From: an uncultured Anaerolineae bacterium
GTDB taxonomy: Bacteria; Chloroflexota; Anaerolineae; Aggregatilineales; UBA3940
Direction: 5' to 3'
NCBI GenBank assembly: GCA_964603985.1
Contig: CAZRXG010000001.1
Location: 10,178-74,177, forward strand
DNA: 64,000 nt
Shown here: piece after piece, positions 17,441 through 27,160 of the stretch
Numbering within the stretch: the first letter of the stretch is position 1
Layout: each line of letters opens with the position of its first letter
Notes under the pieces: model-generated
What the model saw: the letters and a program-made list of their open reading frames with translations, nothing else
What the model was told of the DNA's origin: nothing
The model's database searches: none
Made by a program: the position numbers and the translations under genes

Positions 17441-19003
17441 ATGTCAAATAACGGTTCCAAACGAACGGCGACTGTGCGCATTCAGCGCTTCAACCCCGAC
17501 ACCGACAAAGAGCCGCACTTTCAGGAGTACGAGGTGCAGATGACGCAGGGGATGACCATCCTGGACGCGCTGCACCTGATCAAGACCGAGCAGGACGGGA
17601 GCGTGACTTACCGGCGCTCGTGCCGACACGGCATCTGTGGAAGCTGCGGCATGAACATCAATGGCGTGAACATGCTGGCCTGCGAGAACCAGCTCAAGGA
17701 TCACCTGGATGACAATGGGGGCATCACGATTCGGCCCCTGTCCTACGTGCCGGTTATCAAAGACCTGGTGGTTGACCAGGGCAGCTTCTGGGATCAATAC
17801 CGGTTGGTGCGGCCCTGGGTGATCCCACCGGAAGAGGTTCCGGAGAAGGAGTTCCGCATCAGCCCGGAGGAAGTGGCGGGATACAACAGCGCCGAGCGGT
17901 GCATCATGTGTGGCATCTGCTACTCGGCCTGCCCGGTCATCAACGTGGATAAAGGCTTCGTTGGGCCGCATGCCATGCTCAAGGCGTTTTTGCGGGTGTC
18001 GGACTCGCGGGACAGTGACACAGACGAACACATGGCTGACATCGCGACGGTGTGGGATTGCACCACCTGCTACCTGTGCTGCTCCGAGTGTCCCAAGGAT
18101 CTAGACCCTGGCATGGTATCCTCGACGCTGCGTAGCATGCTGGTCGAAGATGGCAAGGTGCCGCGCCCCGTTGGGCTGGCGCTGACCAGCACGTTCCGCA
18201 ATAACAACCCGTTTGAGATGCCGCACGACGACCGGCTGGTGTGGGCGGATGGCCTGCCACTGAGCAATGCGCTGGAGGAAGAGGTCGATGCGCTGTACTT
18301 CGTATGCTGCATGGCTTGCTATGACCCGCGCGCCCAGAAGACGGCGCAGGCGATGGTCAGGGCGATGGAGGCGGTGGGGGTCAGGTTGGGCACGTTGGGC
18401 AGCGAGGAGGCGTGCTGTGGCAGCGAGATGCGGCGTATAGGAGAGATGGGGTTGTTTGAGATGATGGTCGAGGAGCGCAGTGAGACGCTGGCCGCCGTGC
18501 AGACGCGTCAGGTGCTCACTCTCTCGCCGCACTGCTTCGACGTGTACGGCAACCACTACGATGGTCTTGATCACAGCGTGGAGCACTACAGCCAGTACGT
18601 CGCCCGCCTGATCGAAGAGGGGCGGTTGAGCTTCGCGGGCAGGCTCGACAAGAAGGTCACCTATCACGACCCTTGCTACCTGGGCATCCAGAACAAGGTC
18701 TTCGACGAGCCGCGCGCCGTCATCCAGAGCATCCCCGGCGTGGAGCTGGTCGAGATGGGGCGCAGCCGTGAGAACAGCCTGTGCTGTGGGGGCGGAGGGG
18801 GGCGAATGTGGTATGAGGGGACAGACCCCGATGCGCACATGGCACACGAGCGCGTGCGCGAGGCGCTTGGCACGGGGGCGGAGATCATCGCGACTGCCTG
18901 CCCCTTCTGTTTGAACATGCTCGATGATGCCGTCAAGACTCTCGGCCTGGACGATCAGATCGAGGTGCGGGACATCATGGAGCTGGTCGTCGAGGCGCTC
19001 TAG
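17441..19003 (+). CDS. sdhB: SdhB-type iron-sulfur subunit fused to two C-terminal CCG (HdrD/GlpC/SdhE-like cysteine-rich) domains; TfrB-like
   Basis: 2Fe-2S site: CRHGICGSCGMNINGVNMLAC. Ferredoxin-type motifs: CIMCGICYSACP and CTTCYLCCSECP (all four Cys present). These are followed by YFVCCMACYDP...EEACCGSE and YHDPCYLG...NSLCCGGGGG...ACPFCLNML, which are two CCG domains. Total length is 520 aa. Confidence 0.85.
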   Translation: MSNNGSKRTATVRIQRFNPDTDKEPHFQEYEVQMTQGMTILDALHLIKTEQDGSVTYRRSCRHGICGSCGMNINGVNMLACENQLKDHLDDNGGITIRPLSYVPVIKDLVVDQGSFWDQYRLVRPWVIPPEEVPEKEFRISPEEVAGYNSAERCIMCGICYSACPVINVDKGFVGPHAMLKAFLRVSDSRDSDTDEHMADIATVWDCTTCYLCCSECPKDLDPGMVSSTLRSMLVEDGKVPRPVGLALTSTFRNNNPFEMPHDDRLVWADGLPLSNALEEEVDALYFVCCMACYDPRAQKTAQAMVRAMEAVGVRLGTLGSEEACCGSEMRRIGEMGLFEMMVEERSETLAAVQTRQVLTLSPHCFDVYGNHYDGLDHSVEHYSQYVARLIEEGRLSFAGRLDKKVTYHDPCYLGIQNKVFDEPRAVIQSIPGVELVEMGRSRENSLCCGGGGGRMWYEGTDPDAHMAHERVREALGTGAEIIATACPFCLNMLDDAVKTLGLDDQIEVRDIMELVVEAL

Positions 19004-19024
19004 CTGAGTGGAGGATAGAGAACC

Positions 19025-19900
19025 ATGCAAGACCTGACCGATGCATTTGTCGAACTGGTGCGCCGCGCGGCGACGGACCTCCCGCCTGACATGGAGGCGG
19101 CGCTCGGAGAAGCCAAGGCGCGCGAAGAGCCAGGCTCGGCTGCCGAGGGTGCGTTGGACACCCTGCTGAAGAACGTCGAAGTGGCGCGGGCGAACTCGAC
19201 GCCGATTTGCCAGGACACGGGAACGCCGATCTTCGAGATTCGCCACCCGCCTGGTTGGTCGACGCTTGCGCTGGCCGAGCAGATCCGGAAGGCGGCGGCC
19301 ATCGCGACCGAGCGGGCTTACCTGCGACCGAACGCGGTTGACAGCCTGACGGGCAAGAACAGTGGCGATAACACCGGCATTGACTTCCCGACGATGCACT
19401 TCCACGAGTGGGAGGAGGACCACCTGCATGTCGACCTGCTGCTCAAGGGTGGTGGCTGTGAGAACGTCTCGACGCAGTACAAGCTGCCCGATGTCGGTCT
19501 GAAAGCGGGGCGTGACCTGGACGGCGTGCGCCGGGTGGTGCTGGATGCCGTATACCAGGCACAGGGGAAGGGCTGTTCGCCGGGGGTGCTGGGCGTCGCC
19601 ATCGGCGGTGACCGGGGAACGTCCTACATCAAGGCCAAGCAGCAATTGCTCCGCCCGTTGGAGGACAGGAATCCCGATGGAGAACTGGCCGCGCTGGAGG
19701 AGCAGATTTACGAGGAGGCGAATGAACTGGGCATCGGCCCGATGGGCTTTGGTGGGAAGACGACCGTGCTGGGCGTCAAAGTTGGTGCGCAGCACAGGCT
19801 GCCGGCCTGTTACTTCGTCTCAATCGCATACATGTGCTGGGCCAATCGGCGGGCCGGCATGGACGTAAATGCCGATGGGGAGGTGCGTTATGCATCATAA
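19025..19900 (+). CDS. Fe-S-type hydro-lyase, class I fumarate hydratase (or tartrate dehydratase) alpha subunit
   Basis: 291 aa. ICQDTGTPIF and GGGCENVS are typical of the FumA/TtdA N-terminal family. The gene follows sdhAB by 21 nt. Confidence 0.85.
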   Translation: MQDLTDAFVELVRRAATDLPPDMEAALGEAKAREEPGSAAEGALDTLLKNVEVARANSTPICQDTGTPIFEIRHPPGWSTLALAEQIRKAAAIATERAYLRPNAVDSLTGKNSGDNTGIDFPTMHFHEWEEDHLHVDLLLKGGGCENVSTQYKLPDVGLKAGRDLDGVRRVVLDAVYQAQGKGCSPGVLGVAIGGDRGTSYIKAKQQLLRPLEDRNPDGELAALEEQIYEEANELGIGPMGFGGKTTVLGVKVGAQHRLPACYFVSIAYMCWANRRAGMDVNADGEVRYAS

Positions 19901-20513
19901 GTTGACCGTTCCGATCCCGGATGAGGATATCCGCGCGCTCAAGGTGGGCGACACGGTCAGCCTGAATGGGACGATCATGACGGGGCGCGACGCGGCACAC
20001 AAGTACATGATTGAGCACTTCATCCGCAACGTTGCCGCGACAGCGCCGGAGGATGAGGAGTTATATGCCGAACTCAGGAGGCTGCTGGACGGTGGCGTGA
20101 TCTACCACTGTGGGCCGGTCGTCAGGAAGCACGATGATGGCAGCTACTCGTTCGTCGCAGCCGGGCCGACGACCAGCATCCGGGAGGAGGTTTACCAGCC
20201 TGAGGTGATCGAGCACTTCAACCTGAAGGGGGTGATCGGCAAGGGTGGCATGGGGCCGAACACGCTCAGAGCCTGCCAGGAGCAGCCTGCCGTCTACCTG
20301 CACGCCATCGGTGGGGCGGCCAGCCTGATCGCCGAGTCGGTGAAGGAGGTGGAGGCCGTCCACAAACTGGAGTTCGGCGTGCCGGAGGCGATGTGGGTGA
20401 TCCGGGTGGAGGACTTCCCGTTGGTGGTGACGATGGACAGTCATGGGCAGAGCATCCATGAGACGGTACAGCAGGCGTCGGAGGAGAAGCTGGCGGCCTT
20501 GTTGGGCGTGTAG
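19890..20513 (+). CDS. Fe-S-type hydro-lyase, class I fumarate hydratase beta subunit
   Basis: The ATG at 19890 is preceded by GGGGAGGTG (19877-19885) and overlaps the alpha stop by 11 nt. GTIMTGRDAAHK and GKGGMG are typical of the beta (C-terminal) family. The track start at 19869 is less likely. Confidence 0.85.
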   Translation: MHHKLTVPIPDEDIRALKVGDTVSLNGTIMTGRDAAHKYMIEHFIRNVAATAPEDEELYAELRRLLDGGVIYHCGPVVRKHDDGSYSFVAAGPTTSIREEVYQPEVIEHFNLKGVIGKGGMGPNTLRACQEQPAVYLHAIGGAASLIAESVKEVEAVHKLEFGVPEAMWVIRVEDFPLVVTMDSHGQSIHETVQQASEEKLAALLGV

Positions 20514-20537
20514 CCCCGTTGACCGAAGTGGGTAGTT

Positions 20538-20572
20538 AGGCCGTCGCCGGAGGGAGGGTGGCGGCCTTTTTT
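20538..20572 (+). terminator. Intrinsic terminator of the sdh-fum operon
   Basis: AGGCCGTCGCC (20538-20548) pairs with GGTGGCGGCCT (20557-20567), giving 11 bp including two G-U pairs, followed by TTTTTT. Confidence 0.7.
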
Positions 20573-20599
20573 GTCGCTGCGCGCGGATGCTGCCATACT

Positions 20600-21496
20600 A
20601 TGGACATGATCCCGTCACCGGCCATCTCTATTCTGCTGACCGCCTACCGCGAGGCGGCGACCGTCGGTGTGGCGCTGGAAGCTTTGCTGCCGCAAGTTGA
20701 AGACCTCGCCGCAGAGGTGATCGTCGTCTGCCCGGATGAGGAGACGGCGCGCGCTGCTGCCTCTTACCCCGGCGTGAGGGTGCTGCGCGACCCTGGCAGG
20801 GGAAAGCCCGCCGCCCTGAACATGGGGTTGGGCGAGGCGGGAGGCGAGATCGTCGTCATGACGGATGGTGACGTGTACGTCGGGCCGGACGCGCTGGTGG
20901 CGCTGTTGGCCCCCTTCGATGATCCGCAGACCGGGGCGGTGAGTGGCAGGCCGATCTCGATCAGTCCCAGGGACACGGTGTTGGGTTACTGGTCGCACTT
21001 GCTGACTGAGGCGGGCGCGCACGTCGAGCGCCAGACGCGTGATGCGGCAGGCCGCTTTCTGGTGTGTTCGGGATACCTGTACGCGATCCGGGCAGGGCTG
21101 GTTGAGCGCATCCCGGAGGATGCGCTGGCGGAGGATGCGGTCGTCTCGCACCTGATCGGGGGGCAGGGGTATCGGGTTCGTTACGCGCCGGGGGCGGAGG
21201 TGTTCGTCAAGTATCCGCAGACTTATGCCGATTGGTTGGCCCAGAAGGTGCGCAGTGCAGGCGGGTACGCACAGCCGGTCATTGTGAGGTCGCCGCTGCG
21301 GATGCGGAGCTTCCGGCACGAAGCCGCTGCAGGGACGTGGCGTGCGATCCGCTACGCGCGCAGTCCCCGTGAATTGGTCTGGACGCTGGCGTTGATGGTT
21401 GCCCGGCTGCACCTGTGGATGCTGATCTTGTGGCGGGTGCGGGTGCGGCGCAGGCCGTTGGGTGAGCTTTGGAAGCGGGTGGAGAGCACCAAGTGA
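20600..21496 (+). CDS. Family 2 glycosyltransferase with a C-terminal membrane segment
   Basis: ISILLTAYREAATVGVALEALL, the acceptor-loop DGD in MTDGDVYVG, and a C-terminal hydrophobic WTLALMVARLHLWMLILW. The start is set to the ATG at 20600 because the track start at 20558 lies inside the upstream terminator. Confidence 0.75.
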   Translation: MDMIPSPAISILLTAYREAATVGVALEALLPQVEDLAAEVIVVCPDEETARAAASYPGVRVLRDPGRGKPAALNMGLGEAGGEIVVMTDGDVYVGPDALVALLAPFDDPQTGAVSGRPISISPRDTVLGYWSHLLTEAGAHVERQTRDAAGRFLVCSGYLYAIRAGLVERIPEDALAEDAVVSHLIGGQGYRVRYAPGAEVFVKYPQTYADWLAQKVRSAGGYAQPVIVRSPLRMRSFRHEAAAGTWRAIRYARSPRELVWTLALMVARLHLWMLILWRVRVRRRPLGELWKRVESTK

Positions 21497-21539
21497 GTGC
21501 TATAGTCTTTTCCGACAAACAGAGTGAGGGTATAAACAC

Positions 21540-22574
21540 ATGACACGCGCGCTGGTCACAGGCAGCACGGGCTTTGTGGGCGCGAATCTGGTAGCGGCGC
21601 TCAGTGAGCGCGGTATCGAGGTGGTGGGTTTGAGGCGCACGACCTCGCCCGACGATGCCATCGCCGGGTTGGAGGTCACGCCGGTGGTGGGTGACCTGCT
21701 CGACCTGGAATCGCTGCGCGCCGCGATGGATGGGATCGATTGGGTTTTCCACGTGGCTGCCGTCGCCGATTACTGGCGCGTCCCCAAAGACCTGATCTAC
21801 AGGGTCAACGTCGAGGGGACGCGCAACGTTTTGCAGGCGGCTCACGAGGCGAGAGTCAAACGCTTCGTGCTGACCGGCTCGACGGCGGCGTTGGGGATCC
21901 CCGCGTCCAAAGATGCGCTGATGGACGAGCGCAGCCGGTTCAACCTCAGGCCGGATGATTTTCCCTATGGTTACAGCAAGCACCTGGCCGAAGAGGCGTT
22001 GGGGGAGTTCGTCGAGAAGGGCTTACATGGCGTCAGTGTTCTGCCCTCGGCGGTGATGGGGCCGCGTGACCTGAAGTTCAACGCGGGAGAGCTGATCGTC
22101 CAGGCGCTTAAACCGACCCTGCCGGTCATCCCCGTACCGCGCGGTGGTGTTAACTACATCGACGTGCGGGATTGCGTGGTGGGGCACATCGCGGCGGTGG
22201 AGAAGGGCAGGCCGGGGGATCGCTACGTGCTGGCAGGGAACAACCTCACCCATCGTGAGACGATAGAGACCGTCAACCGGGCGCTCGGCACCGCGCTGGG
22301 GGTGATACAGATCCCGCGCCAGACATTGCCGCTGATGGGGGCGCTGGTCGCGCTGGTGCGCGGGTTGGGGGTTCAACTGCCGGTTGACCGGGGGCGGGTG
22401 ATGTTGAGCGGGCAGTTCATGTATTACGACAACACCAGGGCCGTTTGTGAGCTGGGGTTGGAAGTGCGGCCCTTTGTCGAGAGTGTCCGAGATGCCTATC
22501 GATGGTATGCAGAAAACGACTACCTGGAAAGGCACAGGCTCCCCCCGGCGCCGATCTCGCCGACGGTGGCTTGA
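21540..22574 (+). CDS. Extended SDR, NAD-dependent epimerase/dehydratase/reductase family
   Basis: ALVTGSTGFVGANLV (Rossmann fold) and YGYSK (YxxxK). 344 aa. Confidence 0.8.
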   Translation: MTRALVTGSTGFVGANLVAALSERGIEVVGLRRTTSPDDAIAGLEVTPVVGDLLDLESLRAAMDGIDWVFHVAAVADYWRVPKDLIYRVNVEGTRNVLQAAHEARVKRFVLTGSTAALGIPASKDALMDERSRFNLRPDDFPYGYSKHLAEEALGEFVEKGLHGVSVLPSAVMGPRDLKFNAGELIVQALKPTLPVIPVPRGGVNYIDVRDCVVGHIAAVEKGRPGDRYVLAGNNLTHRETIETVNRALGTALGVIQIPRQTLPLMGALVALVRGLGVQLPVDRGRVMLSGQFMYYDNTRAVCELGLEVRPFVESVRDAYRWYAENDYLERHRLPPAPISPTVA

Positions 22575-22656
22575 AGCAGCTTGAGGCCAGCCAGTGTCGC
22601 GGCCAGCCCATTCGTGCTAAGATTAGGTAAAGCCAAATTAGTAAGATCCTGGCGCG

Positions 22657-23163
22657 ATGATCACAAATATCGAGGAGTTCATCAAGCACTTTCACGGGCA
22701 GCGGCGGCGCACCCAATGGATCGTGGATGCCGTCCCGCCTGAAAAGGCTGATTGGCGTCCCTGGCCCGGCGAAGACTCCCCCGCCGAGATCATCCGGCGC
22801 ATAGCCGCCGGTCACCTGATGTACGCCACCGCGGTGGCCCACGACTACTGGGCGGTTGACGATTACGAAGTGGCTGCCACCACGTGGGAGGAGTCCCTGA
22901 AATACTTCCACGAGAAGACGGAGGAGGCGCTTGACCTGCTGCGCGCCCTCCCGGACTCGGTGCTCCAGCAGAAGCGGCGCAGACCCGATGAGAACATAAG
23001 GGTGGCCGCCTGGCGTTACCTGATGACGATGCTGGAGCACGAGATTTATTATCGCTCGCAATTGGGCAGCTACCTGATGCTGCTCAACGTGCGGCGACCG
23101 AAGATGGGAGGCGTCACCATAGAGGCGGTGAGGGAAGCCTTAAACAGCAGGCAGACTTTGTGA
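22657..23163 (+). CDS. DinB-family (four-helix-bundle) protein
   Basis: 168 aa. IEEFIKHFHGQRRRT...AGHLMYAT...LEHEIYYRSQL shows the spaced His pattern typical of DinB_2-like proteins. Confidence 0.6.
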   Translation: MITNIEEFIKHFHGQRRRTQWIVDAVPPEKADWRPWPGEDSPAEIIRRIAAGHLMYATAVAHDYWAVDDYEVAATTWEESLKYFHEKTEEALDLLRALPDSVLQQKRRRPDENIRVAAWRYLMTMLEHEIYYRSQLGSYLMLLNVRRPKMGGVTIEAVREALNSRQTL

Positions 23164-23187
23164 AAAAGAGGAGCAGAAAGGCGAGTT

Positions 23188-23628
23188 ATGGCAGACGAAC
23201 CGAGATTTGACCGGGCGGCTATCCTGCGTACATCGGCGATTATCATCGGCGGCGCGGCGCTTTTTGGGTTCCTTGTGCCGCTGGCGGGCGTATTCATCGC
23301 TCCCTGGAACACACGGAATGTCTCAGGCAGCGAGATCTACCGCTGGGCGTACTGGGCGATAGCCTGGGCGCTCACCATCTGGCAGGCGTCCTGGATGATC
23401 CGCGAGGTTCACGAGCGGATCATCGACGACATGATCGTGACCGCCATCATCGTCGCCGTCGTGCTTGTTATTGTGAAGTTCGTCATCTGGATCGTCTACG
23501 ATCCGAGGATCAACTGGGACCCGGTCACCCTCGGCGACCGGCTGGGGCCTATCACGGCGATTGACGCAGGAGGGGCCTTGATGTTGATCGTCGTAGCCCT
23601 GATCGGCGCGCGCATCAACAGATACTGA
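23188..23628 (+). CDS. Hypothetical integral membrane protein
   Basis: 146 aa with four hydrophobic segments. AGGAGCAGAAAGG lies upstream. Confidence 0.55.
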   Translation: MADEPRFDRAAILRTSAIIIGGAALFGFLVPLAGVFIAPWNTRNVSGSEIYRWAYWAIAWALTIWQASWMIREVHERIIDDMIVTAIIVAVVLVIVKFVIWIVYDPRINWDPVTLGDRLGPITAIDAGGALMLIVVALIGARINRY

Positions 23629-23637
23629 AAAAGTAAA

Positions 23638-23665
23638 CAGGGGCGAGTCTTTGAACCCGCCCCTG
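23638..23665. terminator. Hairpin between convergent genes (terminator for the reverse-strand response regulator, possibly bidirectional)
   Basis: CAGGGGCG (23638-23645) pairs with CGCCCCTG (23658-23665). On the reverse strand the stem is followed by TTTACTTTTTC. Confidence 0.55.
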
Positions 23666-23669
23666 CCAT

Positions 23670-24137
23670 TCAGTCTCCCTGTGTCTCGGCCCGGCCACCG
23701 TTTTTGAGGGGGTTTTTGTCCAGGGCCTCCGGGATGACAACGGCGACCATCTGCCCGATGTCAAGCTCTCCTTTGTTGAGCACGCCCACGACCGGCCAGG
23801 TGCTGAGTCGTTCCTGATCGATCTCCTCAAGCACCTTGGCCGTCGCGACCAGAACGCGAACGGGCTTGGTATCCATCTTCTCGCGGATGTGTTTCAACAG
23901 GCCAAATCCGTCGAGACGTGGCATCATCAGATCAAGCAGGATTAAATCGGGGATACCTGCCGCCAGCTTCTCGACGGCTTCCATGCCATCCTTGGCGGTC
24001 TCGGTGGTGTGCCCGGCCATTCTCAGGGTGATGTTAAACAGCTCTCGCACATCGGGTTCGTCGTCCACTACCAGAATACTAGCCACGGGTGCCTTCCTCA
24101 AGATCGAAGTTTCTTTCTCTGATAGCCTACAAACCAA
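23670..24137 (-). CDS. Stand-alone response regulator receiver (CheY-like) protein
   Basis: ILVVDDEPDVRELF...DLILLDLMMPRLDGF...VLVATAK. No DNA-binding output domain is evident. Confidence 0.8.
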   Translation of the reverse strand: MVCRLSEKETSILRKAPVASILVVDDEPDVRELFNITLRMAGHTTETAKDGMEAVEKLAAGIPDLILLDLMMPRLDGFGLLKHIREKMDTKPVRVLVATAKVLEEIDQERLSTWPVVGVLNKGELDIGQMVAVVIPEALDKNPLKNGGRAETQGD

Positions 24138-24201
24138 CTATAAACTATCAGAGGTGAAACTGCCACAGTAATTTTGGCCTATTCTGCCCCGAACCCGCGA
24201 G

Positions 24202-24759
24202 TCAGTCGTCTGTAAAGACCGGCAGGTGCCCCAGGGTGATGATCTCCTGCCACTCGTTGGGGTCACCCTCGGTGAAGAGCGCCGCCTGAGCCACGACCTC
24301 GCCGCCCGCTTTGTCGATGATCGACCGCATGCCTTTGAGGGTGCTGCCGGTCGAGATCACGTCATCGAGTAGAATCACACGCCCGTCCTTGATCAGCCCC
24401 TGGTCTTTCTGATCCAGATAAAGGGTCTGGGGTTCGCCGGTTGTGATCGACACCGTTTGAGCCTGCAACGCGTCGCCCATGTAGGTCTTGTAACTCTTGC
24501 GTAGAACGACCCAGGGCATTCCCATTTCCACCGCCACGGCGTAGACGAGCGGTATGCTCTTCGCCTCGGCGGTAACGAGCACGTCGCCGCCTTTGTCTTG
24601 CAGTTGCCGGGCCAGTTCCCGGGCCGTCTGCTGGACCAATTCGGTGTCCCCCAGGATGTTCACGATGGCAATCTGCACCCCCGGTGCAACCTCGCACAGA
24701 GGTAGATCTCGCTTCAGTCCGGCTATCTCAACTGGATAGACCTCGCGCTGGTTCTCCAT
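24202..24759 (-). CDS. Type I phosphoribosyltransferase (Apt/Xpt-like purine PRTase)
   Basis: The PRPP-binding motif is RVILLDDVISTGSTL. 185 aa. Confidence 0.7.
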   Translation of the reverse strand: MENQREVYPVEIAGLKRDLPLCEVAPGVQIAIVNILGDTELVQQTARELARQLQDKGGDVLVTAEAKSIPLVYAVAVEMGMPWVVLRKSYKTYMGDALQAQTVSITTGEPQTLYLDQKDQGLIKDGRVILLDDVISTGSTLKGMRSIIDKAGGEVVAQAALFTEGDPNEWQEIITLGHLPVFTDD

Positions 24760-24958
24760 GAACAGATTCTCCTTGTCGTAGACGCTCTGTCGGCGGTCAT
24801 ACTCACTTTATCCAGCATGCGATTCTACTACAAACTGCGGCATCTGTTAAACGTGGCAGGGGAAATGGGTGACCTCTAGAAGTATGAGAATGGGTGGGGT
24901 ACAATCAGACCATCCGGGCTACCCGAACCTATCAAGAAAGAGAAGCGCAGTGAGCATA

Positions 24959-25252
24959 ATGGACAAAGTCTGGCAGGTCTACATCGGCGACTCGTGGGTT
25001 GGCACCCTCACCCCCACCGGCTCGGACGACGACTGGTACTACGCAGACTTTAGCGAGGGTGATGCCTGGGGGAACTTCGCGCCCTGGTTCCAGCAGGCGG
25101 TCGAAGCCCATCTGGCGGGCGACGAGGCCGCCTGGCAGAACGTGTACTCTCAGCTAACGGCCATGGGGCTGATCCTCAGCGCCGACGACGGTGAGACGTA
25201 CAGTAACCCGACGCTGCACATCGACGGGGTCAGCGCGTGGTTTGTCGTGTAG
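24959..25252 (+). CDS. Hypothetical small acidic protein
   Basis: The ATG at 24959 gives MDKVWQVYIGDSWVGTL..., 97 aa. The upstream part of the track ORF (GTG at 24869) looks non-coding. I recognise no motif. Confidence 0.4.
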   Translation: MDKVWQVYIGDSWVGTLTPTGSDDDWYYADFSEGDAWGNFAPWFQQAVEAHLAGDEAAWQNVYSQLTAMGLILSADDGETYSNPTLHIDGVSAWFVV

Positions 25253-25258
25253 CCGCTT

Positions 25259-27127
25259 ATGACCGTCGCCGCGCCGCACATCCAGGAGATCCTCGATAAC
25301 CTGCCCGCCAGCCCTGGCGTCTACTTAATGAAGGATGACGAGGGGGCGATCATTTACGTGGGCAAGGCGGTCAACCTGCGCAGCCGGGTGCGCTCGTACT
25401 TCCAGCCAAGCGCGCTGCGTGACCGCCTCAGCAAGGCCGCGCGGTTGGCCGAGCGAGTGGTGGACATCGAGTTCATCGTGGTTGATACGGAACTTGAGGC
25501 GCTGCTGACGGAGATCAACCTGATCAAGGCGCACAAGCCGCACTTCAACGTGCGCTTGAAGGATGACAAACGCTACCCGTACATCAAGGTGCACTGGGGC
25601 GAGGCGTTCCCCAAAGTGACGGTCACACGGCGAATGGTCAACGATGGGTCGCGCTACTTCGGGCCGTACACGAGCACGGCGGTGGTTTACCAGACGCTCA
25701 GCGTGCTGCGCAAGGCGTTCCCCTACCTGACATGCAACCGGGAGATCATGGGTGAGGACGAGCGAGCATGTCTATACTACGACATCAAGCTGTGCAGCGG
25801 CCCGTGCATCGGGGCGGCCAGCCAGGACGAATACCGGGCGATGATCCGGGGGTTGATGGACTTCTTGCAGGGGCGCTCGGACGTGATCATGGAGCAGATC
25901 CGGGAGCGGATGCAGGCGGCCTCGGAGCGATTGGAATTCGAGCGGGCGGCGCGGCTGCGCGACCAACTACAGGCGATGGAGCAGATCGTGCAGCGGCAGA
26001 AGGTCGTGTCGGCGGTGGACGTCAATCAGGACGTGATCGCGTTCGCACGGGAAGAGAATGACGCGTGCGTGCAGATCTTCTTTATCCGGTCGGGGAAGAT
26101 CATCGGGCGGGAGCACTACGTGCTGGAAGGGACAGCCGAGGAGAAAGGCGCGGAGATCGTCAGCGGGTTCATCAAACAGTTCTACAACAAGGCGGCGGAG
26201 ATCCCGCCGGAGGTGCTGCTGCCGCACGAGGTTGAGGAGGCGCGGATCATTGAGAGCTGGCTGCGCAACAAGCGCGGTCACAAGGTGGCGCTGAGAGTGC
26301 CGCGCCGGGGCCAGAAGCGGGAACTGGTCAGGATGGCGACGGAGAACGCGGCGGAGACGCTGGCGATGCTGCGCGCGCAGTGGCAGGCGGACACACACAG
26401 ACAGGAAACCGCGTTGAACGAGATCCAGGAGGCGCTGGGCCTGGCCGCGCCGCCTAATCGCATTGAGTGCTACGACGTGAGCAACACGCAGGGGACGGCG
26501 ATCTCGGCGAGCCGGGTGGTGTTCGTGAAGGGCGTGCCGCGCAAGAGCGAATACCGCAAGTTCAACATCCGCAGCGTGGTGGGGCGTCCGGACGATTACG
26601 CCTCGATGCGGGAGGCGCTGGAGCGGCGATTCAGGCGGTGGCAGGATGCGCAGGATCAGAAGGTGGCCCCAGGGCAGCGGGTTGATCCGACGTGGAGCTT
26701 GCTGCCGGACCTGCTGATCGTGGATGGGGGGAAGGGACAGCTTGGCGTCGCGGTGGAGGTGCTGGAGAGGTACGGGCTGGGTGAACAGGTGTCGGTGATG
26801 GGACTGGCCAAGCAGCACGAGGAGCTGTTCGTACCGGGGCGCAGTAAGCCGGTAGCCCTGCCGCGCCGCTCGCAGGGGTTGTACCTGTTGCAGCGCATCC
26901 GGGATGAGGCGCACCGCTTTGCGATCACGCAGCACCGCAGGCGGCGTGCAAAACTGGGCATCGCCTCGCGGCTGGACGCCATCCTGGGCGTCGGCCCGGC
27001 GCGGCGTAAGGCGCTGCTGGCGGCATTCGGATCGATAGAGGGCATCCGCGCGGCAAGTGAGGCGGAGATTGCGGCGGTGCCGGGCATCGGCGAGCAACTG
27101 GCGGCGGTCATCAAAGAGGAATTGTAG
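25259..27127 (+). CDS. uvrC: Excinuclease ABC subunit C
   Basis: The GIY-YIG N-terminus reads GVYLMKDDEGAIIYVGKAVNLRSRVRSYF. The UVR domain has FERAARLRDQL. The C-terminus carries RNase H-like and (HhH)2 regions. 622 aa. Confidence 0.93.
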   Translation: MTVAAPHIQEILDNLPASPGVYLMKDDEGAIIYVGKAVNLRSRVRSYFQPSALRDRLSKAARLAERVVDIEFIVVDTELEALLTEINLIKAHKPHFNVRLKDDKRYPYIKVHWGEAFPKVTVTRRMVNDGSRYFGPYTSTAVVYQTLSVLRKAFPYLTCNREIMGEDERACLYYDIKLCSGPCIGAASQDEYRAMIRGLMDFLQGRSDVIMEQIRERMQAASERLEFERAARLRDQLQAMEQIVQRQKVVSAVDVNQDVIAFAREENDACVQIFFIRSGKIIGREHYVLEGTAEEKGAEIVSGFIKQFYNKAAEIPPEVLLPHEVEEARIIESWLRNKRGHKVALRVPRRGQKRELVRMATENAAETLAMLRAQWQADTHRQETALNEIQEALGLAAPPNRIECYDVSNTQGTAISASRVVFVKGVPRKSEYRKFNIRSVVGRPDDYASMREALERRFRRWQDAQDQKVAPGQRVDPTWSLLPDLLIVDGGKGQLGVAVEVLERYGLGEQVSVMGLAKQHEELFVPGRSKPVALPRRSQGLYLLQRIRDEAHRFAITQHRRRRAKLGIASRLDAILGVGPARRKALLAAFGSIEGIRAASEAEIAAVPGIGEQLAAVIKEEL

Positions 27128-27160
27128 CCGCATGCCGGGTGGTCGGGTAAACTCCCCTTC

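Noticed and set aside
18101-19795. Very long ORFs antisense to clearly homologous genes. Examples are 18101-19795 (564 aa), 2462-4033, 20615-21412, 25967-27652, 28374-30575, 43812-44897, 44922-46055, 47138-48283, 51396-52580 and 61217-62119.
   Set aside because: Their translations are Arg/Pro/Gly/His-rich low-complexity strings with no motifs. Each lies opposite a gene with unambiguous family signatures. Stop-codon depletion on the antisense strand of GC-rich genes explains them.
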